A DNA stretch of 63,557 nucleotides, counting the filler, from Reticulomyxa filosa (taxonomy: Eukaryota > Protista > Foraminifera), in assembly GCA_000512085.1 (NCBI GenBank). It is 14 parts of 14 records of this genome, joined end to end, with 100 filler letters (N's around TTAATTAATTAA, not from the genome) between each part and the next. Parts side by side here need not be neighbours in the genome. Positions count along the whole stretch, not along the records: positions 25,816 to 39,690 come from ASPP01009739.1; positions 39,791 to 41,452 come from ASPP01035024.1; positions 41,553 to 47,599 come from ASPP01016029.1; positions 47,700 to 50,668 come from ASPP01003128.1; 10 more parts are not named here. The stretch is one strand, 5' to 3'. Positions 36,805 to 49,854 of the stretch are shown piece after piece (the stretch's first letter is position 1; each line of letters starts with the position of its first letter). The notes under the pieces were generated by a model, which did not search any database, was not told the DNA's origin, and saw only the letters and a list, made by a program, of their open reading frames with translations. Position numbers and translations under genes: made by a program.

Positions 36805-37145
36805 CAACGCTTTTGATGGGTCAGGCCAATGCATGGACGAACCTATTTTACCATATTGAGATTTTGGACTATTCACCTTTTTTCTCCATAAATAACTTTT
36901 TTATATTTTTGTAATTGTATTTTGTAGTTATTATATTATCTGTATTTATTTGGTCAGCGCGACAAGCTCTTTACGGAACACAAAAATTTTTTGAATGAGG
37001 TAGAAATTTTTTTTGACATCGATGTATTATTTGGTAAAAAAAAATTACAAACTGAAACCAATTCTGCACAAGTTCTAGTACAAAAAAAGAAAAATATTTC
37101 CAAACGACGCAACAACAATTATTAAAACAAGATTTTTTTGTTATG

Positions 37146-39689
37146 TCAATATTCATCTTCTGGTTGCGTATCTTGGTTTAAATCATCTCTCCCGGGTTCA
37201 TCTGCATTTATAGACAACGTCTCTGTGATAGCCAACAAAAGGCGCTCTTTCATTACTTCTTTATTGGAATACTTGGGTAACTCTAAATGGAAAAAGCAAG
37301 TGTGAGCTTTTGGAAGCAGTTGATCTACATTTGTTCCACTCTTCATTACAGGTTTAATTAAAAATCGCAAGCGTAAACGTGCAAACTCTTCATCGTCATT
37401 GGGTAATCGCTCTTGTGCCCAAGTGAACCTAACAAATTTGCGCTTATTTTCTGGGGATAAGCTGTGCAATATTTCCCAAAACCACTTGATGTAGTCACTG
37501 TCAGGATCAATATCTTTGTCATATATAGTATGTCTTCGTAACAAATCAATATTGACATCTGGAACACCACAAATTAATCTCTCAAGTTCTTGCCACGTGA
37601 AGAGAGATAACACATGGATGGGCACAATTTTGTGGATACCTCGACGAATGCATTCGATATGTGGCATGTGTTCATTCAATCTTACCTGATAAACCAACGA
37701 AACATATTCTCTTCGGTTTTCAAAATTGACAGGGATTTGACTACCGTTAGGTTTTAGTTCTACCAATGTCATGTCCGACAACGTGGTCATAAATGTCTCT
37801 TTTATCTCATTTTCAAACAAGTTCTTTTTTTCTGTTGGATAGTTCCAAATCTCTTCCAATCCTTTGCATAAAGCGGTATCGATCTCGTACAGATCCTTTC
37901 GTCCACAACTGATTCCAACTAACGGTTTCCAAAAAAATGCAGGTAACGACAAATTGAGCTTTACACCAGTGCGTAAACACATACCAATCAATTTTCCCAA
38001 AAACTCAAACATTCCAAATTGCTCCTCTTTTAAATTGGCACTGTCTTTAGCCGACTGAATATTTAAACCTTCACTGACTCTCTGTTTGTCCCCATCATGT
38101 TCTGTGGCTCCACTTTTCGGATCCGCATCAACCGCTCCAGAAGAGCCATCTCCAGTTGCGGAGAGCAGCAAACTTGGATGGGAAGGACGAATAATGTATT
38201 TGTCTTTATTCATCAAATCCAATTGTGGTTTACGGCCATTTGGAGTCAAATGGAATAAGTAGGACTCTGGACTTTGTAATTCACTGCTGACATCGCTGAA
38301 ATACTGTCGATAAGGACCAGTGTCTCCCTCGACAAATTGTCCAATTAACTCCAACACAAATGCAACGAATGGATCTGCTCCTTGGGGTTTGGGTGGTCGC
38401 AGTTGCGAATTATCGACACGAGACAATTGCTGATATCCAAAACCAAAGTTGGATTCTGTGGCAAAGTCAAGTGATCCAATGGTGGACATTTTGTTCAGCA
38501 ATTTCATTCGATTCATTCGAACCACAGCTTTCTTTTCAACAGGCTCACAAGTTGCATCCATGACATTTTGTAAGAAGTCGGTTTTTACTTTTGTGAAAAT
38601 GTAATTGTCACCGACAATACACAGCAAATGTGCCAACGAAGAAGGTGTTTCATAATTGGACAAATCCACAAATGGCAGTATTTGAGCAATCACTGCATTC
38701 AGACATTGGAATGCACTGAAGCGTAAGCGAAGCATTTCAACGGGCGTGTATGGTTTCAAATTCAGCAAGTCACGCAATGTGGGATCGCTTTGCACTTCTT
38801 CAGGAGACACGTGTCGAACGTGCACCGGTCTTAACTGTTGCAAAGAGTGAAATCCCAACTTTTCAGCAATTTGATTGCAATGCTTTAGGAACAATGCGTC
38901 GAAATGAGGGTATTGTTGGACAATCTTCTCTTGGAAGGAGTATTGCTCAGCCAAAGCAATTTCGAAACTGTTGTGGAATCGCTTGGTGCTGTTATGGTCG
39001 TATCCATTTTCAAAGACCCAATCCAACAAAAGTTTTGGATTGATTCCAATCAATGTCGTGAGAATGTCAAACAATTTCTCCAGCGAAATCAAATCATTTG
39101 CATTGTTAATTTCAAACTGTTCGCACAATGACGACAGCATCTCTTTAGTATCTTCATTCGATGTTATTTTGTTTACAAGCTCTTCTCTCGTTAATTTCAA
39201 GTTCCCTTCATCCTTTGCTTCTTCTTGCTTTTCACCAATCAATATTTTTTGAAATAGCTCCTTCCATTCGTTTTTCAATTCTTCTTTTACGGTACCCTTA
39301 TCATTGGCTGCTTGGGATTGTGCCTTTTCAGATGCTTTGTCTTTTTGTGTTGGTGTCAAAAAGATATATTTCAAAAATATATCTCTGGCGACACAGAAAT
39401 CTGGTAATTCCGAAAAAGCCATCACTTGTAATTCGCTGAAAATAGGCTCTACAATGTAACGATCCTCATTTTTCGAAGACTTGTCACTTGTCGTCTTTTG
39501 TTCTTCTTTTTGGGGTTGTTGAGGAGTATTCACTGCTGTCTTATTTTCGTCTCCATTGACTAACGGAGCTGCTTGCTGTTCTGGTTGAGGTTGGGGTTGA
39601 GATTGAGATTGAGGTTGAGGTTGAGGTTGAGACTGTCCTTGTGCCTGAGGTTGCCCTTGTGCCTGATGTTGCTCTTGTGACTGAGGTTG
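37146..39689 (-). CDS. HECT E3 ubiquitin ligase (HERC-like C-terminus), 5' partial
   Basis: EGDTGPYRQYF, FEFLGKLIG, LERLICG, FWEIL, FVRFTWAQERLP and catalytic LPKAHTCFFHLELPKY. The frame stays open through a QP-rich tract to the contig edge. Confidence 0.95.
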   Translation of the reverse strand, partial: QPQSQEQHQAQGQPQAQGQSQPQPQPQSQSQPQPQPEQQAAPLVNGDENKTAVNTPQQPQKEEQKTTSDKSSKNEDRYIVEPIFSELQVMAFSELPDFCVARDIFLKYIFLTPTQKDKASEKAQSQAANDKGTVKEELKNEWKELFQKILIGEKQEEAKDEGNLKLTREELVNKITSNEDTKEMLSSLCEQFEINNANDLISLEKLFDILTTLIGINPKLLLDWVFENGYDHNSTKRFHNSFEIALAEQYSFQEKIVQQYPHFDALFLKHCNQIAEKLGFHSLQQLRPVHVRHVSPEEVQSDPTLRDLLNLKPYTPVEMLRLRFSAFQCLNAVIAQILPFVDLSNYETPSSLAHLLCIVGDNYIFTKVKTDFLQNVMDATCEPVEKKAVVRMNRMKLLNKMSTIGSLDFATESNFGFGYQQLSRVDNSQLRPPKPQGADPFVAFVLELIGQFVEGDTGPYRQYFSDVSSELQSPESYLFHLTPNGRKPQLDLMNKDKYIIRPSHPSLLLSATGDGSSGAVDADPKSGATEHDGDKQRVSEGLNIQSAKDSANLKEEQFGMFEFLGKLIGMCLRTGVKLNLSLPAFFWKPLVGISCGRKDLYEIDTALCKGLEEIWNYPTEKKNLFENEIKETFMTTLSDMTLVELKPNGSQIPVNFENRREYVSLVYQVRLNEHMPHIECIRRGIHKIVPIHVLSLFTWQELERLICGVPDVNIDLLRRHTIYDKDIDPDSDYIKWFWEILHSLSPENKRKFVRFTWAQERLPNDDEEFARLRLRFLIKPVMKSGTNVDQLLPKAHTCFFHLELPKYSNKEVMKERLLLAITETLSINADEPGRDDLNQDTQPEDEY

Positions 39690-39790
39690 CNNNNNNNNNN
39701 NNNNNNNNNNNNNNNNNNNNNNNNNNNNNNNNNNTTAATTAATTAANNNNNNNNNNNNNNNNNNNNNNNNNNNNNNNNNNNNNNNNNNNN

Positions 39791-40552
39791 TTGAGGCATT
39801 GAGATATTTGTCTCCATACAAAGCTCAAGGACCAGATAATATCCATAAGCAGATGCTTAAGAATAGTGGTAATGCAGTGATTGATTCATTGGTATTTCTA
39901 TTTGGATGGAGTTTTCGAATGGGCTATATGCCAATTGAATGGGAAAAGGCAAACATTGTGCATATTCACTATTCTTAAGCATTTGATTGTGGATGTTATG
40001 AGACAAATGTCTCAGTGACTCAATGACCTCCTCCTTTAATGTCACTTTGATGGATATCAAATGACCAAATACAACTTTCATCCAATTCCAATGGCTTGGA
40101 TATCGCCACTTTGAATCTAATATCTTTTTCTACCATCTTTGGGAGGTTGAGGTGGCTCTGCAAATGTCTTTGCCAACAGATACGCTTTCTCTGCATCTGG
40201 TCTTGCCACTGAATTGGTCTTCTTGTTCACCAATGATGGAATAATACAGATTTTGTTGGTGTTCAATGCCTTAAATTGTGTAAATAGATTCCTGGTGTTC
40301 CCTCATGCAATGAGTCAATACTTTTTACCATGTGCTGATGTTTTTCAAATAACAATTTCCGTTGCAACTGCTTGGAAATTCTTTTATATAGCAGTAAATT
40401 CATTGGTGTCCTCTGATTACGAAATCTGTTCTTTGATTTTGAACTATCTTTCGTAATCGATATAAACTGTCACTTTCCATATTGTCATTATACCAATGGT
40501 TGCCTCCAGCTTCAACAGCACATTTGATCCAGATTCAACTGCTTTGTCCATT
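39791..40552. mobile_element. Decayed LINE fragments in opposite orientations (plus 39791-39968; minus 39969-40552)
   Basis: Plus strand: EALRYLSPYKAQGPDNIHKQMLKNSG...PIEWEKANIV (RT-proximal KAPGPD motif). Minus strand: EEVIESLRHLSHNIHNQMLKNS, preceded by sequence homologous to 2550-2920. Confidence 0.8.
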
Positions 40553-40849
40553 TTTTTTTTTTTTAAGCTTCGCACTGGGAGGGCGTGAAGGTGTCCTCCA
40601 CTCATCACTGTTTTTAGTCCTTTCCTCATCCCCAAAGTGCAAACAAAAGCACGCTTGGTCCAAAACAGGACATGGCACTAAATAAAACAAAAGAAAAGTA
40701 CAATTATAACCAAACAACCAATTGGGCGTTTTTTGCAATAATCTAAAAAAGAAACATTTGCACCAAAATCTTAAAAAATAAATTTGATAAAAATTATCTT
40801 AAATAATTCTTTCAGCGCAACGATGAACTTCACAAGTTCTTTGACAACT

Positions 40850-41340
40850 TTTGTTCTTGTTTCAGGTTCCCATGTCTTGTCTCCAATCACCAAACTTCTC
40901 AGATTCGATGTATTGAATTGAAAATGCGGCAATAATTTTTAATTGCTGCTCGCCATAAATATCTAAGTCCTTGATAATGTGGACATTCCATCAGGAAATG
41001 TTCCACAGTCTCTTCTTCATTTTCACACCATTTACAACTGATGAAACAGATCTTTTGATCTTGAACAGGAATCCATTTAACCCCAATTTGGCTGTAATCA
41101 TTCTGCAAACGTATCTGCGTTCATGCACCTCCAATCGGTGCAAAACAATCTTTTCAATGACTGCGCTTCAATTAGATTGCGTAAATACCGTTTGGGACAT
41201 TTGTGGTTCCATTTCATTTCACTCATTTGTCTAATGTCGATTCCACTCTTATGTGAAAAATGGATTCCAGAATGTCCTTTGATCCAATAAATCTCAGGAA
41301 CTCCAAGCTCTTTCTGGCTGCACGTTTTTTTTTTAGATAG
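40850..41340 (-). mobile_element. Decayed LINE 3' part: RNase H end and Cys/His motif
   Basis: YWIKGHSGI (cf. WVPGHSGI.GNE) and CKWCENEEETVEHFLMECPHYQGLR (Cx2C..ETVEH...C.P), with frameshifts. Confidence 0.75.
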
Positions 41341-41552
41341 GTTGCAGCGGGGCGTGTCAAGTGCTGGACTACTATCTCGCTTCATCCTCAACTCGCACTG
41401 CTTTTGCTATCTCTACCTGCACAAATTCAGGTCTTTCAAGTTAAAAGAGCACNNNNNNNNNNNNNNNNNNNNNNNNNNNNNNNNNNNNNNNNNNNNTTAA
41501 TTAATTAANNNNNNNNNNNNNNNNNNNNNNNNNNNNNNNNNNNNNNNNNNNN

Positions 41553-44450
41553 TCTCTCTCTCTCTCTCTCTTGATTTGAAATGATATGTACACATCGTGA
41601 TACCAGAGTCCGTGACGGAGTCACAAGATTGCAAAAATTTCCATAGCATTTGCAATCCAAACCAGTGTGGTTTGTCACTGTTTGATGTCTCTTTTTCTTG
41701 CATGGCATAAGCAGTCAACGAATAGGCTTTGATTAAATCCAGCAATTGGCTGTCAATTTCATTCGATGGTGTCTTTTCGATTTCTCGAAACAAAAACTTT
41801 AACGTTGCAAGGTCCAACTTTTTGCTTATTTCTGCGATATGTTCGTATATGATGTGTCGAATGCTCTGTTTTATTTGCGTATGTGTATGCGCACTTTTTT
41901 TTGTAAAAAAAAAAAAAAAAGAAAAGAAAAGGGGGACTCAACTTCATGTGTGCCACCAGTAGTCAACGCCCACAGCAATTTCAAATGCTCTTTGGTCAAT
42001 TGGTTATTGTATCGAAACAAATAGTAAATGGGAAGGACGCGACGTACCAATTCGAGATGTACTGTTGTGCGATCCAATATTTTCTCCAATACCTTGTTTT
42101 GCTCAATCCATTGCTGAAGCCACTTGGGGTCTGCAAAGGTGTTATTGTAAACTGCCTCTCTGTCGGGTGATGGGAGTCTCTTTTTATTTTATTAATATGT
42201 AAAGACATAAAGGTATATCTTTTTGCTGTTGCTATTGTTGATAAAAACATCAGACTTGCAAAGTTTTTTTTAAAAAAATAAAATAAAATAAAATAACCTT
42301 GAGGCCCTTTTGCCATTTATCTTTTTCTAAGACAAGTTCAATGTATTGCATAATTTCAGTCATTCCGTTGATTCGCTTTGGTGCAAACGGACAGCATATT
42401 TGGCGAAGTGAGGCTTCGAGTCTTATGTTTTCTTTTACTTCCAATATTTTCATTAAATTGAATTTCTGCCAAACACATTTTTTATTTGTCGTTGATTGTC
42501 ACTCAAAGTGTACATATTGAAATATACACGTACATACATATATAATATATATACATATACATATATATGTATATATATATGTATATGTACATATATATTA
42601 TATATGTATTTCTATAAAGTGATTAATGACATTGATCAAAATGCAATTGAACACTTTCAAGATTTTGTCGACTATATTTCGATTCAAATCTTTGACAGCA
42701 CTATCAGGCAGTCCATTGAAATAACACTGCAGCGAAGTAGTCAATCGTAATACATAATGATCCAAAAAATCAGTGTTGAAATAGTCACGCAACTATATTT
42801 CCCAGATTCATATATACACATATACACATATATATATATATGTATATACCAAAACGCCGAGCATTATGTTTATGCAAGATGCACGTGATGCATGTGCGTG
42901 CCAACAATCAACAAGAAGAAAATATATGTGTGTGTGTGTTGTGAGAAGGAGGAGAAGAGAAAGGAAAGGATAACTGATGCTAAACACTGCAACATTTGAA
43001 TAAGACAATCAAAGTTAATTGGACATTGAGAGCCTCCAATGCGTGCCAACAAAGCATCAAATCCACCAATGTGTCCAAAGTAGTTGATATTGTGCAATTG
43101 AAACCAAGACAATTCCTGACAAAGCAATGGGTCTCCGACAAAAGAAAAGTCTTGCAAGTACGAAGTTTCCGTGTCCAGTTCCCACAACGTGTGAATCTGA
43201 GATAAAGAGTTATTCAGTTGCGCTTCCATTTGAGTCGCCGTCATTGCTTCTTGAGGAAACACTGTTTTGGACTTGAGTTTATTTTTCCTCCTCTTCCTCT
43301 TTTCGTGTCCACCACTCCTCGAGTCTTTTCCCAACACGTCTTTTTTGCCATCAGTCGAGCCGACATTAATGTGGGGTGAGCCTTTGTTTTCGCTTGACGT
43401 TATTGACGTTGTCGGATCTACGTCTCGTGATTGGCTTTGCACTTGCGTCTGAGATGGCACTGGCGGAGGTGCAGTCGCATTCTGATTTTTTAGCTCTTTT
43501 GATGACATTTCGTCTTTCAATTCGTCAGCTTGTTTCTGCAGCATTCTTAAATATTGCAACTTTTCAATGCTATACATATATGTATATGTATATGTATATA
43601 TACATACATAGTATATCATCCCATCAAAAAAAAAAAAATAAATAAAATCAACCAATCAATCAAACATAAAACAAAACAAAACATAGCCATTTCGCCAGTT
43701 CCAAGCGACTCAGAAGTCCATTCTCCATTGACATTCGCCATTCCACATTTGTCATAAAAACCTTTTGTGTTTCTAGATGCAGACCCCAATGCTTTTTCCA
43801 ATATTTGAAAACAAGGGATGTCCTTTTTTTTATAATAAAAAAAAAAAAAAAAAAAAAGATGGTTGTTTTGGTCAACCAATCAAAAAAACAAATCATCACA
43901 AAAAAAAAAAAAAAAAAAAAAAAATATTTCTAAACGAGATCGATACAAAGCTTGCAATAACGCAATGTCAATTTAAAAAATGCATTGACTGCAAATTCAC
44001 TCGTTTTGGCCGGCTTCATCTCCAAAAAGTGATCCAACAAAGATGGTACGATATGCTTTGTGAACCCAATCAATTACACATACACATATACGTAAATAAA
44101 TAAATCAATAAGCATACTTATCTATATATAAAATGACAATAACAATTGAAGGACTTAACAATAAGAAGACAATCTTGTTGTGGTGAAAAACATGGTGGCT
44201 TTGCAAACTCCCCATAATTGAGTGCATTTTTATAAGGCGGATCAATACTTTCCAACTCTTTTAAACAACATTTGATGCATTCACACACACTACGCAAGTA
44301 ATCCCTTGGGTCCTCTGTTTGCAATAATAGCACTTGCAAATTTGTCAGGTATGGTACAATGTTCTCATCTTTTCCATCACTCCATAGTGTTTTGATATCT
44401 TCTGTTGACAGTTTCCATTCCTTTTCCCTCGTTTCATTTTTAACGTCCAT
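41553..44450 (-). CDS. USP9/USP24/USP34-like large deubiquitinase, N-terminal helical region (3' partial, multi-exon)
   Basis: HNINYFGHIGGFDALLARI, KRINGMTEI, WIEQNKVLEKIL..VHLELVRR..LTKEHLKLLWA...HE resemble the FAF/USP9-24-34 N-terminal region. The catalytic domain is not in the window. Confidence 0.7.
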
Positions 44451-45252
44451 TTTTTGTTATTTTTGCTGTTGTCTTACTCCATTTTATCATATTTCATGCA
44501 AATACAAAAAAAAAGTCAAGTCTTACGACTCACGTCCATTGCTGATTTATGCACTCAAAATTCACGAGATAAACTTATAATGTGCTAGAGCTAGAGCTCA
44601 ATTGCAGTGCGATCCTGAAGGAAAATTATGGAGCAGAATGATAATGACCAATACACTTGTTATCACCCCCTTTTAATATTTACTACACAACCAGGTGAAG
44701 GTGTAGTCTATAAACCTTCTTTCACTGTCAGCGAAAAATTTTTTGCACTATAAAGTATAACACTTTATATTTTAAGTTTTCTTTTTCTTTGCTAAATTTT
44801 GACCAATTGCTTCTTCAATTTACATAATTTTGTCTTAATAAATAAAGCCTGAGACCAAGTTAAACAAAAAAAAACAGGCTTTGTTGATATATAATTCTAA
44901 ACTTCTCAGCTTGCAACTTATGAAGCAAACAAGAAGTGAATCTAATGCTGGCTTTACTCAACGTGCTAAACTCAGTACGAATTTTCAGATGTCTTGATTA
45001 TCTGATGCAATAAGCATATGCCGTTAATCGACTTGTTGCAAAAAATTTTGCTTCTAATTCATATCTCTTTTAATTACTCCATTATTGAAGTTTATGTACG
45101 TTTTCCTAGGTTAAGCGATTCCTATTGGCCCACTTTTTGTAAAACTGAAACGTTTATTTTGTTTAGTGTCACGGCTTAAGTGTTGAGTCTTGTGACAGGA
45201 GTAAACGAGAAACGCAGCACAAAAATTAATGCAAAATAACTTAAGTAAGAGT

Positions 45253-46224
45253 ATGTTTCGTTCCTGTTGTCCTACCCTTCGTGGCAATTTCTCTTGGGCA
45301 TTGTCTCTCCAACGAAATTTTTGTGGAAATGTTCATCCGTTGGCAAAAGAAGGCTTTGGCAAAGTGTCCTCTCAATATGAAAAGGTTTGGGATTGGACAA
45401 ACCATGTACAAACAAAAAACATTTTCGAAATAAAATCGTAAAAACACGATAGGCAAGGCCAACCTATCCAGTAGAGGCGACTGACTTGTTAACAAAGTTG
45501 TCCTTTCCGACAACGAAATCTGAATCAGTTAAATTGATGGATATTGGCGCAGGTAGCGGCAAGTTTACGTCCGTGTTAGTAGAGAAATTTCCAAAAAGTC
45601 ACATTTATGCAGTCGAACCTGTATCAAACTTTATTGACATATTAAATACAAAATTTGGTTCGAACAAAAATGTGTCAATAATTCAAGATGAAGTATCTCA
45701 TTTGTTATCCAACAGTGCATTCAAAAGGAACAGCCTTGACGGTATTTTTGGTGCGCAATGCTTCCATTGGTTTGCAACCCGATCATCATTGGAAGTATTC
45801 CACGCTTTATTGAAACCGAAAGGATACTTGTTCTTGATATGGAATCGGCAAACATACGACGCGAACAACTTCCTGAAAGAGCTGAAAAGCCAAATTATTC
45901 CCATTTATGATGACGAAGAAAAATTGAAATCGATCAAGTATACCAAATTGAGACCTCATATTTTGGACCTCTTTGCTCCTAATGATCTATTCTCAAGGGT
46001 TACTAATTTTATTACTTTCAAGGATGCTGTCGTCCAACGTGGGAAAATTGATATTGTTATTGACCGTGTATTGTCCAAATCTACATTTGGAGTAAGATCT
46101 CCTCAAGAAAGAAATGAAATTACAAAAAATGATTCAAGATTTGGCCATTAAACATTATGGTACCCTCGATGGTCAATTTGAATTGCATTACGATACTGAT
46201 GTTCTTATGACACAAAAATTGTAG
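45253..46224 (+). CDS. Class I SAM-dependent methyltransferase (Tmt1/Crg1-like); intron 45385-45452; one extra A at ~46128
   Basis: YEK|ARPTYP, MDIGAGSGKFT, YAVEP, GAQCFHWF, LLKPKG.L.LIWN. Removing one A extends the protein to ..FELHYDTDVLMTQKL*. Confidence 0.88.
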
Positions 46225-47503
46225 TGCAACATACACATTGTTAAAAAAAAAGTAAAACAATAAAAATAAAAATATGAACTGGATTTTTTTTTATCATTGC
46301 ATACATAATTTCGGAGAACAAATGTTATTCTTTTTTTTTTTTGTGTTTTCAACAGGATTGAAACACAATAAAATGAGGTGAAATGTTGAACATTTTTTCT
46401 TAGTCTCGATACATTCTTGCAACAATAAAAAATTTCTTTTTGCTTGTTAAAAAAATAAGAAGTGCAAAAAGTTACAAATTCACCTTGCTGTAAGGATTTT
46501 TCTTCTGATCAATGTAGCAAATTAATGATATTCTCGCATATGCGAGAGAAAAAAAACTCTAAACAAGCTGACCAAAAACTCCAAGGAGTTAACCAGGTCA
46601 GACAAAGGAGAGAACGATATATAATGTACAAAAATCATATTAAAACAAAACGACTACAACATTGGACTATTTGGAAGGAGTAAATTCTTTTGTTTTTTCG
46701 GTAGTGCGTATTTCGCAGCTTCTTCTACCTCACGCTGAACCCACCACAACTTTCATTGAGCTTGAACATTAGAAGATTTTTTCACTCTTCCAACTCGCGA
46801 CGTAAAAAGTCCAGGGTTTGCTCCAAATAGGCCTTTTGTTAGCAAATCAACAAATGAAATTTGCTTTGTCTGGATAACCTGCCCACATAATGTTATCAGG
46901 AAAACTCTATGTTCGTCAATTGAACAATGAGCCAGACATATTATGAACATTAATGTTAGTTAATATCATTATATATAAATACAATTTCTAACTACGTATA
47001 GTTTCTATATGATAATATTATGTATGGAGTAACTGTATAATCTTTTCTTATTGATATGTCCTCTGCCTGAAGCTGGACTGGTGAAAGAAAGTGAGCTTAT
47101 ATGCATTATGTCCTAATTACTGGATAGATTGACTGCCTGCGTAAGTACTGTTAGTGAAAGACTTTGGCGCTCATATAGCAGACAAATCCTTTAATCTGAC
47201 TGAAGCTATCATGTTATGACATATCTATGTGTGCTTGTGAACAATATAGTCGATGTAACATCTGCTAAGTATGAATATCAGCATATGCATATATGTCCGG
47301 CCCTTGCGCGAGACAAATTAACTGAAATTACTGTTTAACCATTGAACACTGTAGCACCACATGTGCATACAATAAGATAGATAGTAAGTACTATAGTTGT
47401 CACCCAAAAGTAGTACTTATGATATATTAATATTTATTCTATATATGAAGCACATAATCTTGCCATTCGATCGATAGCGATACTAACGCCAACGGCAAAC
47501 TAC

Positions 47504-47599
47504 TACATTATATTGCAAAAAAAAACTGACATACCTAAATGGTACTATATGAATAAAATCGATTTTCTCCATGAAAAATAAAGATTTAAACCTAATTTT
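47504..47599 (+). repeat. Copy of the TIR family of 32680-34126 (truncated by the contig end)
   Basis: TACATTATATTGCAAAAAAAAACTGACATACCTAAATGGTACTATATGAATAAAATCGATTTTCTCCATGAAAAA resembles the TIR consensus. Confidence 0.55.
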
Positions 47600-47844
47600 N
47601 NNNNNNNNNNNNNNNNNNNNNNNNNNNNNNNNNNNNNNNNNNNTTAATTAATTAANNNNNNNNNNNNNNNNNNNNNNNNNNNNNNNNNNNNNNNNNNNNT
47701 TTTTTTTTTTGCAAACTAATATAAAAATTTATATTTTGAAAATTTCAATAAAACAAGCAAACTAAGAAAATGAAAAATAATATACTCATACGTATTGAAT
47801 TACATTATTTTAATTTTAAAGAATTAATCACTTACACAAACACA

Positions 47845-48040
47845 CTAGTAGTACAAACACGTGCTTTGATAATATCTTCGTCAGTAGGGACGTAATCAGT
47901 TGCTGATTAATATTTCGCTTTTATCATAAAATTAATCTAAATTATCCGATAATAAAAACGCTAAACATATTCTTTTGAATTTATATTGAATTTCATTTAG
48001 TTTCCAAAGTAAACTAATCGATTTGTCCAAACATACAATT
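47845..48040 (-). pseudogene. G-protein alpha subunit pseudogene fragment
   Basis: The minus strand gives LLWKLNEIQ..F / FLLSDNLD*FYDK / ATDYVPTDEDIIKARVCTT, corresponding to the G-alpha helical domain end and switch I (YxPTxxDILxxRVxTTG), with an in-frame stop and a frameshift. Confidence 0.7.
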
Positions 48041-48317
48041 TTCACTTGAAAAAAAACTGAAAACTAAAAAAAAAGTTTAATGTATGAAAATTTATATAAC
48101 GTAATGGAACAATACAATAATAATGTTCAGTACTACATCAACTGTAGTGCAAAAATAATAGCATATAAATGCGTACTTATCTTACCTTAAGCATGGACTG
48201 ACCTAAAACTGGAGTTATGTGGTTTTAACATGACATATGCTTTCTGCTTCAATTTCATAAAAATATTTATTATTTCGAACAAACTTTATCTGGATAATTG
48301 TAAAATGTTATAAATGG

Positions 48318-48420
48318 TACATGTAGTGACAAAAGTACTGACACACCAAAATGGCATCTTATGAAGATAATCGATTTTCTAAGTCAAAAATCAACATTTT
48401 TCAAAATTTTTTAAAATAAT
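48318..48420 (+). repeat. Dispersed TIR-like repeat, related to 16047-16112 and the 32680 family
   Basis: TACATGTAGTGACAAAAGTACTGACACACCAAAATGGCATCTTATGAAGATAATCGATTTTCT. Confidence 0.6.
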
Positions 48421-49854
48421 AATATCAAATTTGAACAAGTTTTTTTTCAACTCACAATATTGTCTTTAGACATTTTTGATATATCAAAAAAAATTGATAA
48501 TGAATTTACAAAGGAAATTGACATTGTTTTTATATCGATCACTCTTTCGAAACATTAAGAAATTGTAATCACTCAATTAAAACATATAATTCATCATCCA
48601 AATCTGCACCTGTTCTTGGATAACATATTTCAATCAAAGTCTCTGTATTTCGATAATTATTTATACTTTTCATTCTTCTACCTTGTCAAATACGTTCAAT
48701 TGCATTTCGTTACGCTCAAAAACCTCAACACAGTTTTTCAAATTCATTTCAGTTTTCTGAACAAATATAGGTGGAGTTCATTCGTTGAAACAACTAAATG
48801 ATTGATTAGCTAGTAATTTCACTATTAAATATTTGATTCACAATTGCCTTCTCTTGTGCTGACTGGTCACACAATGAATTTGATATATACAAAAATTGTT
48901 ATTTGCTATCATTTTCACATATAGCAATTAATTTCACTGTCATTAAACACATATTGACGTTAATTGATGTTCTGATATAAAAACATAAAACGCATTGCAC
49001 AAACTCTTTTATCGAAAGAAAAAATATCAATTGCGTGAATATGTGCATGATGTTTACTACCTTCTTCCAATTCATAAATCGTTTTTATTTGTTTTTGTGG
49101 ATCGACCTCTTTTTTTGCGTTGTGTCTACGATTATAATTTCTTGTTTTGTTTCTACTAAAAATCGCATTGCCTGAACTGCAAGTTATATGCGATATAAAT
49201 AAATAAATATGATATTGTTGTAAAAAATAGTTATTTACACCAACGTCTGTTAAATGCTCCATATTTTCTCGGATGTTTCATCTTTTTAGTATCGGGTCAA
49301 TAGACCACTACTTAATTTGGCAATCAGTAGATACGAATGCAAACTGGTCAAGACCTAAAAATCCACACTTTTTTTAAAAGAAACATTGGACAAAAGCCGA
49401 TTTCTTGGGACAACGATTGTCAAAATATCGCAAAATAAACAACACTGACGAAAAGAAGGCTGATGAAATGACAATCAAAGAAAAGCAACAGAATGTCATT
49501 GTAAGTATTAAAGTACCAAGTGCTTCTGAGCAGATCAAGATAATTGAAGTTATCCGTCTTTATTTTGAAAATCTAGTTTGTGTAATATCTAAGATAAATG
49601 TTAAGTATTTGAGATGAAGATAAAATAAGAGTAGGTGAAAGAATCTCAATATTAATGTACTTCAAATTGTATGTGCAATGTAGTTACAATTTCAAAGTGT
49701 GCTTCTTTATTATTTTAAATACAACAAAAATTGTGTTATGTCTGATATAAATTACCTACTTGAGGTTTTTTCAGTGTTTGTAAAAATGTTATACTTGATG
49801 AAAGCGATAGTTAATTAATTTTTTTTTAAGAGTAACCTTTGGATATGCCGCAAT

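Noticed and set aside
46950-47490. Compositionally distinct stretch beginning TGTTAGT, a possible LTR
   Set aside because: No clean CA end, target-site duplication or second copy in the window.
13608-48040. Globin-RGS, 7TM protein and G-alpha fragment as a physical gene cluster
   Set aside because: They are on three different contigs separated by linkers, so no linkage can be claimed.
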